From: the human T2T-CHM13v2.0 reference genome, Homo sapiens
Assembly (NCBI RefSeq): GCF_009914755.1
Contig: NC_060927.1
Length of the DNA stretch: 64,000 nucleotides
Direction: 5' to 3' (one strand)
Shown here: positions 53,372 through 64,000 of the stretch, piece after piece
Numbering within the stretch: the first letter of the stretch is position 1
Layout of the letters: each line of letters opens with the position of its first letter
Notes under the pieces: generated by a model
The model's input: only the letters and a program-made list of their open reading frames with translations
Told to the model about the DNA's origin: nothing
The model's database searches: none
Position numbers and translations under genes: made by a program

Positions 53372-53479
53372 CTGGACTCTCTGGTGTTCAGGGCTCAGGA
53401 AGCTGGAGCCTGCCATGGCCAAGTCCAGCCAGAGCATGCCGAGGAGCAGGAGGCTGCAGACGGTCCCTGGGGAGGGCAT
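53372..53479 (-). CDS. GHRL: GHRL exon 1, coding part: 23-aa signal peptide plus ghrelin N-terminus [13 protein letters not shown] (Ser3 is the GOAT/MBOAT4 octanoylation site); exon starts at 53508
   Basis: [36 protein letters not shown]; donor CAG|GTGAGA. Total CDS 108+117+109+20=354 nt = 117 aa plus stop. Confidence 0.98.
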
Positions 53480-54014
53480 GGCCTCAGCTGGGTTGCAGAC
53501 AGGTGGGCCTGGGGGAGAGAGGGTCTCCAGGCAGCTGCCTCCCCTTCTCATGTGCCTCTGAGCTTGCTCAGGTAGGAGCCCAGCAGATGGCGTGAAGGGC
53601 TTTACCATCTGGGGTCCTGACTGCTGTGTAGAGAGGACCCCCGCTTCCACCTCCCAAGGTAGAAGATGATGGATGTGTGTTCTCTTCTCCAAGGCCGTTC
53701 AGGGCAGAACACCTGGCAGCAGGACTTGATAGGGGCTGGGGGTCCTCCCCGGTGCCTTTTGTCCCAGGCTCTGAGAGCTCATGGCGAGTCTTTTCATGAG
53801 GAGGGAGGAAGCTGAACCAGCAAGGGCCCCAGGGCACTCAGCAGGGAGGGGGTTAGAGGTAGCTCCTAAATGAAGCTCTGTCTTCCAGCCAGACAGTCCG
53901 ACATCCCCCGTGTTTAGAGGGGACTCCTGAGGCCCAGAGAGGTTAAACGGACGGGCAGCAGTCACGGACAATAAACCTGTCAGCAAACGCACACGGAGAG
54001 TAGAGAGAGCTTAC

Positions 54015-54750
54015 CTGCAGTTCCTGGCGGAGGTGGTGCCTGGTGGCTGTCAGGTCCTTATATAGGATGACTGGCGTTTGTTTTAAACCAGCAACCCCAT
54101 CCCAGAGGTGGCCTAGCTTCCGTGGGGCTGATGTACATTCCTTGGGAACTAAAAATGTTCTTGTCCTCTGGGTAGAAGTCAACAGTGGAGGTCAGATGCC
54201 CTGCGGAATTGCTGGGTTGGCGAGGGAAGAAGCATGTGCTCCAGCTGTCCCTGGAACACGGTGGCGGGGTGCCCCAAGTGGGCATGGCCCTGGTGGAGGA
54301 GGGAGGGAGGAGAGTGGCTCTGGGGTCTGGGTGCAGCTTTGTTGCTGTGTGACCTTAGCTTACTCGCCCTTTCTCCCTGGGTAAAATGAGGCTGTCATCA
54401 CTAGGAGAGCTCTGAGACCTCCCCAGTCCAGCGCCCCGTTGTTTCCCATGTGCTGTTGCTGCTCTGGCCTCTGTGAGCCCCGGGAGTCCGCAGGGAGCCA
54501 GGCTGGTGATTCTACACCTTCCCGAGGAGGAGTCCCACCTCCCGGTTGAGCAGACTGCTCCTGATCATCCTCTCCAGAGAGTGGGTGTGGGGATAACTTC
54601 AGCCAGTGGCTATGCTTCAGTCATTTCTGCCAGGTGTGACATGACTGCCTGGCCTGGCGTTTTTTCACATAGCAGCTTGCCTTGCCTCCCTCCAGCAGCT
54701 TTGGTCCCTATTTTAGCGGATGCCTCTTCTGAGAGGGAAGTGCATTGGAC
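54015..54750 (-). other. GHRL: GHRL non-coding exon 0 (short form about 54015-54034; extended 736-nt form to 54750)
   Basis: Donor CAG|GTAAGC at 54014; upstream acceptor ctccAG at 54752-54751; TATA box about 25 nt above the short form. Confidence 0.8.
54058..54064 (-). promoter_or_regulatory. GHRL: GHRL TATA-like box TATATAA
   Basis: ttatata on +; spacing fits a TSS near 54034. Confidence 0.8.
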
Positions 54751-56140
54751 CTGGAGGTGGAAGATCTACGCTTAGCACGGGCCTGGCTCCTCTCTCATTG
54801 ACTGGCCTTACGCCGACCACAAATAATTCCCCTTACCCAGAGTCTTTGAGGGTGAAATGAGGCGATGGGGGGAAAGTGGCTTCTAACCTGTGAAACACCC
54901 TGCAGATGACAATGGTTTCATACCAGGCCCATAGGACTTCCCAGCATAGGCCAAGGCCACTGCCTCATTTCCCTCGGCCCCAGGAATTTCTTCCTTTCTG
55001 GAGTGCTTCATCCAACTGGGTGCCCAGGCAGGAACCCCTAAGGGCCAATGAGTTGTCTGCAGAGAAGTTCTAGCAGTTCAGGAGAGGAGCTCACCTTAGG
55101 CTGGGGCTTGCGGCAGGGATGTTAGCAAAGGCTCCAGGAAAGAGGCCTGTGGTGAACTCGGGGCAGGGCTTTGGAGGGAGGGCTTTGCGGCAAGCAGAGG
55201 GGAGGTGAAGGCGTGGGTAGAGTACATCAGGGCAGCATGGAGAAGGCTGGGTGGCTTGGGGGAGGGTGGCGATGGGGTCATAACAAAAACATAAGAAGGT
55301 GGTTTGGGGCCAGGTGATGGATGCCTTGGGAACTGCTAGCCCAAGAAGTTTGGGCTTTTTTTGCAGGAGGGCAGCCACTGAGGATTCTTGAGGAGAGAGA
55401 GACCATAGAATGAATGAAAGAGTTGGAAAGACTTTAAAGCTCTGGGAGGCTGAATCCTTTATTTCGCTGGAAGAAAAACTGAATGCCAAGAGGGCCTCAC
55501 TTTCCCCAAAGCTATACAGCCATCAGGGGCAATGCTGGGATTCCCCCATGGATCTCTTGACTCCTAATACAGTGCTCTTTCTGATATGCCATCTGGCTCC
55601 ATAATGAACATTGTGTTCCAGGAAAATCAGTCTGCACTGAACAGGATGGAATTGGGGCAGGACGTCCAGTGAGGAGGACATTGAGGCAGTAGAGCAGTTG
55701 ATTGCCGAATGACCACCTACCCTGACTTAAAAGATCAACCTCAGGGAGGATTGGAGCTTTCTAGAGTCTCTTGGGACAGCAGAAGCACAGGCCGGGTTGG
55801 ACTGAATCTTTAAGTGGACATGAGGGACAAAGTACCTCCTGTTGGTAAACATCTCACCACCAACCCACTGTGGTGGCTAAAATCCCACCTTTAGTCCCAG
55901 CAACATATGAGCATGTCACCAGGAGGTCTTCACAGGCCTGTCTGCCACCTGAGTGTAGACATCTTTTGGCCCTGGAGCCCAGAGAGGCTGAATGTGGAGA
56001 GGGTGGAGAGAGGTCTGTAGTCCTCAGAGAAGACTTGCAGCTTTTTCAGAGCCACCAACCCATAAAAAAAAAAATCCCCAAACAGAAAAATCCTAACTGT
56101 GGTGACCAGGTACCTCCTGAGACATGAAGCCTCCACTTAC

Positions 56141-56246
56141 CTGGACCCTGGAGGCCTCTCCGGGCACAGCTGCCAATGTTGATCTTAGATAAGACCACCA
56201 GCAAGTAAACATCCACTGTGCAAAGCTGTGTTATCTTTGGGGAACT
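56141..56246 (-). other. GHRL: GHRL distal non-coding exon -1 (start approximate)
   Basis: Consensus donor CAG|GTAAGT at 56140; matches my recollection of the 5' end of the long transcript. Confidence 0.75.
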
Positions 56247-56931
56247 GAAATGTCCCCTGGGAGTTGGAAACTCCCCTAGCCACATACCACAGAGTTGAGG
56301 AAGGAAGAGCTGATGGACGGAAGAACCATGGCGGGAGGAGTCATCCGGAAGCTACCTCGCTGCCCTGTCAGTTACGGAACAGAGGAGAGATGCCGGCTGG
56401 AGGACACAGCAAATTTGAACCAAGAGGAGCTTGGAGGAAGCCCGAGCGACCTGGAGGGGACTGGCTGACCTTCCTCATTCTTTTCAAGTGTGAATAATAA
56501 CCAAGCCCAGTTTGGCAACTCCTTGAGGGTGAGGACGAAGCCCCATTCTCCTTTTTGGAACTTGGTGGGGCTCAGGAAGCAGGTTCTCTCCAGTCGGTGG
56601 CTTTCCTTTCTGTTGCGGGTCTCTTGAGGGCCTGCCTTCATGAAGGCACATGAGTGACTCATCATTTGTGAATTAATTGCTATATGTGAAGGGCATCTGA
56701 GAACAAATTATCTTCATAGACTTTTCATTATAATTTTATTTGTACTGATAATTAGTTGGCTTAGCAAGCTCTTTTTTCATAGATTTGGCTAAACTTCAGT
56801 CTGAAAGAGGCAAATTCTGGGGTTCTAGAAAGAGATTTTATTCTTTGATATAGGGCTATTTGGTGGGGTTGCTTTTTGTCCTAGTTGTAGCTTTTATAAT
56901 TTCGAGATTCACATTTTGCAATAGAAATATA

Positions 56932-57080
56932 CAGGCATACCTTGGAGGCATTACAGCTTTGGTCCCAGACCACAATGAAGCAAGTCACACGAATTTTGTT
57001 GGTTTCCCAGTAAATATAAAACGTATGCTGATACCATACTATAGTCTAAGTGTGCAACAGCATATGTCTAAATGAATATA
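56932..57080 (+). mobile_element. Tigger1 5' end fragment (TcMar DNA transposon)
   Basis: TA then CAGGCATACCT terminal repeat; ccagaccac...gtcacacgaattttgttggtttcccagt. Confidence 0.75.
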
Positions 57081-57084
57081 CATA

Positions 57085-60655
<3,571 letters not shown>

Positions 60656-60670
60656 TGATTTCCTAGTTGT

Positions 60671-61883
<1,213 letters not shown>

Positions 61884-61914
61884 CTAGTTGTCTATAGTGT
61901 GAGGGAAATTCTTA

Positions 61915-62325
<411 letters not shown>

Positions 62326-64000
62326 GGAAATTCTTACAATCGTTAATCCTTTATATGCAGAAGTGGAAGGTCTCCCCTTAGTGTTTCTGGGCTCACTTGT
62401 AAATGGAAGCCTGTGAATCTTCTAGTTTTGGGAGTTGTTTTCACAGTGGCTTGCTGAGTTTTGCACTCAGAATGGATGAGTATTTGATGGCAATTTTTGG
62501 GGTCTCTGGCTTATAGCACCATAAAAACTCCCTTTTCTTCACCCTGCTGATCTCTCAGAGGTATTGTGTCTATGAAGGCTTTGGCCTGCTCCATGTTCTA
62601 GGGTCTGTGGGTTTCTTTTGCTGTCCCAGTTGCTTTGTTTTTGCAAAAGGATTAAAAACATATGGCTGCTAGCGCCATCTGGCCCTAACCAGAGCTCTAT
62701 GCCTTTTAAATTTCCCTTACTTTTATCTCATTTGGGCTTGACAACTGCCCGGCAAGTTTTACAGATAGTATTTCTATTTGACTAGGCTATTTTGTGGTAA
62801 TAAATTTTGGGGTCTCCTCTTACCCAGGAATGGTTAATGTGTTGCCACTCTAAGTATAAACAACTATTATGGTGCCAACTTCATAATTATCTTAACCAAT
62901 CCTTGGTGGTGGGAGTTAAAATAGAGCACACAGTCAGGGACCCATTAACCTACCACCAACCCAGAGTGACACGGGACTAGTTCCTTCTCGGTATTTTCTT
63001 GGCGACAGCAGCTGGCACCATAGGAAGCCCAGGCCCAGGCTTGAGGAGCACAGAGCGTATCAGGGAGGCAGACGTGGATATGGTTCAAGGATTCACTGTA
63101 GAACTCGACACTCAGTAGTGCACGTGAAGGTGCCTTCCTGGGCTTTGCTTTTCTGAGTAAGGGAAGGAAGGAAGCAGCTGTTTTCATGTTGGTCTCAGAA
63201 GGCTTGGGCTTTGTGGACTGACTGGAGGCTGACTGGGCCAGGCCATGGCCTCTCTGTCCTCACCTTTAACCAAAGCAGTTTCACTTTCTTCTATGTTACA
63301 TAGTATGATCAAAGATTTTTTTTTTTTTTAAAGGGGATTTTGCTGCTGAAAAAGGAGGGAAGGACAAGAAGTAGGCAGACTAGGGGGCCTGAGGCAAGTG
63401 GGCTGACCTTTTATCTGAATCTATTCATACAAAGGTTTGGTGTGAGAAACATCCTTGTATTACAGCTGAGGAGAGCCCCCCAGCTCCCACCCTGATTCTA
63501 CAGTGGGGAGTAACTGTTGAGATGGGCCAGGCCCTGACGCTGGCTTTACGTTTGCACAGTCCTGGGCAGGGCTTCTACCTTCTGAGCGCTTCCTCATCAG
63601 TGAACTGGGTACACCCACACGGGGTTCTCGTGTTGCTTAAATTAGCGAATGTGTGAAAGATCCAGTGTAGGGTCTGGCTCACCGCAGGCTCACTGATGGC
63701 TATGGCGATTGTCAGGGTCACAGGGCCTCCGCTGAAAGGTGATACCTGGTTCAGGGTCAGTTAGGTCTCCCATCATGGGGCCCTCCTTTTCCTGACAGGG
63801 TCAATAAACTAAATGAATCGTGCCCACTTTCTGGGCCAGCATCTTAACTATTGGTGTTTGGTTAATACCACGTTGCATCTGCGTGGCATTTTGTAGGTCA
63901 CCAGATGCACTAGCGTGTTTGAATCTTGCAGCCATCCTGTAGGGCAGACTGTATTAGTCCCATTCTGCAGAACAGGATGTGTACCGAGAGGGTAAGTAGC

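Noticed and set aside
62669-62686. CTCF-like motif (gggccagatggcgcta on -)
   Set aside because: The 3' core matches but the conserved 5' CC is GG; cannot be supported without ChIP data.

Overview
Human genomic DNA, recognisable as the 3p25.3 IRAK2-TATDN2-GHRL locus. Left to right: the last two coding exons and 3'UTR of IRAK2 (+); a solo ERV1 LTR nested in an old L1; the CpG-island promoter and complete TATDN2 gene (+; six coding exons reconstruct a 761-aa TatD-family nuclease, plus a 5'UTR exon and a probable 3'UTR intron); the lncRNA LINC00852 and the antisense lncRNA GHRLOS (+); the complete ghrelin/obestatin gene GHRL (-; 117-aa preprohormone, exons -1, 0, 1-4); and an Alu/L1-rich tail. 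Most ORFs in the track are Alu/L1 artefacts. I see no evidence of a new protein-coding system or of foreign DNA. The best leads are: (1) a three-uORF module in the TATDN2 leader, including a spliced 65-aa ORF that overlaps the main start and has a better Kozak context than it; (2) tightly interlocked sense/antisense architecture at GHRL (facing poly(A) signals, cryptic splice-site cluster, possible TATDN2 read-through into antisense exons); (3) two short locally templated insertions that look like fossil repair or template-switch events. Gene names, isoform names and repeat subfamilies come from recognition and memory, not database searches. Repeat and lncRNA boundaries are approximate.
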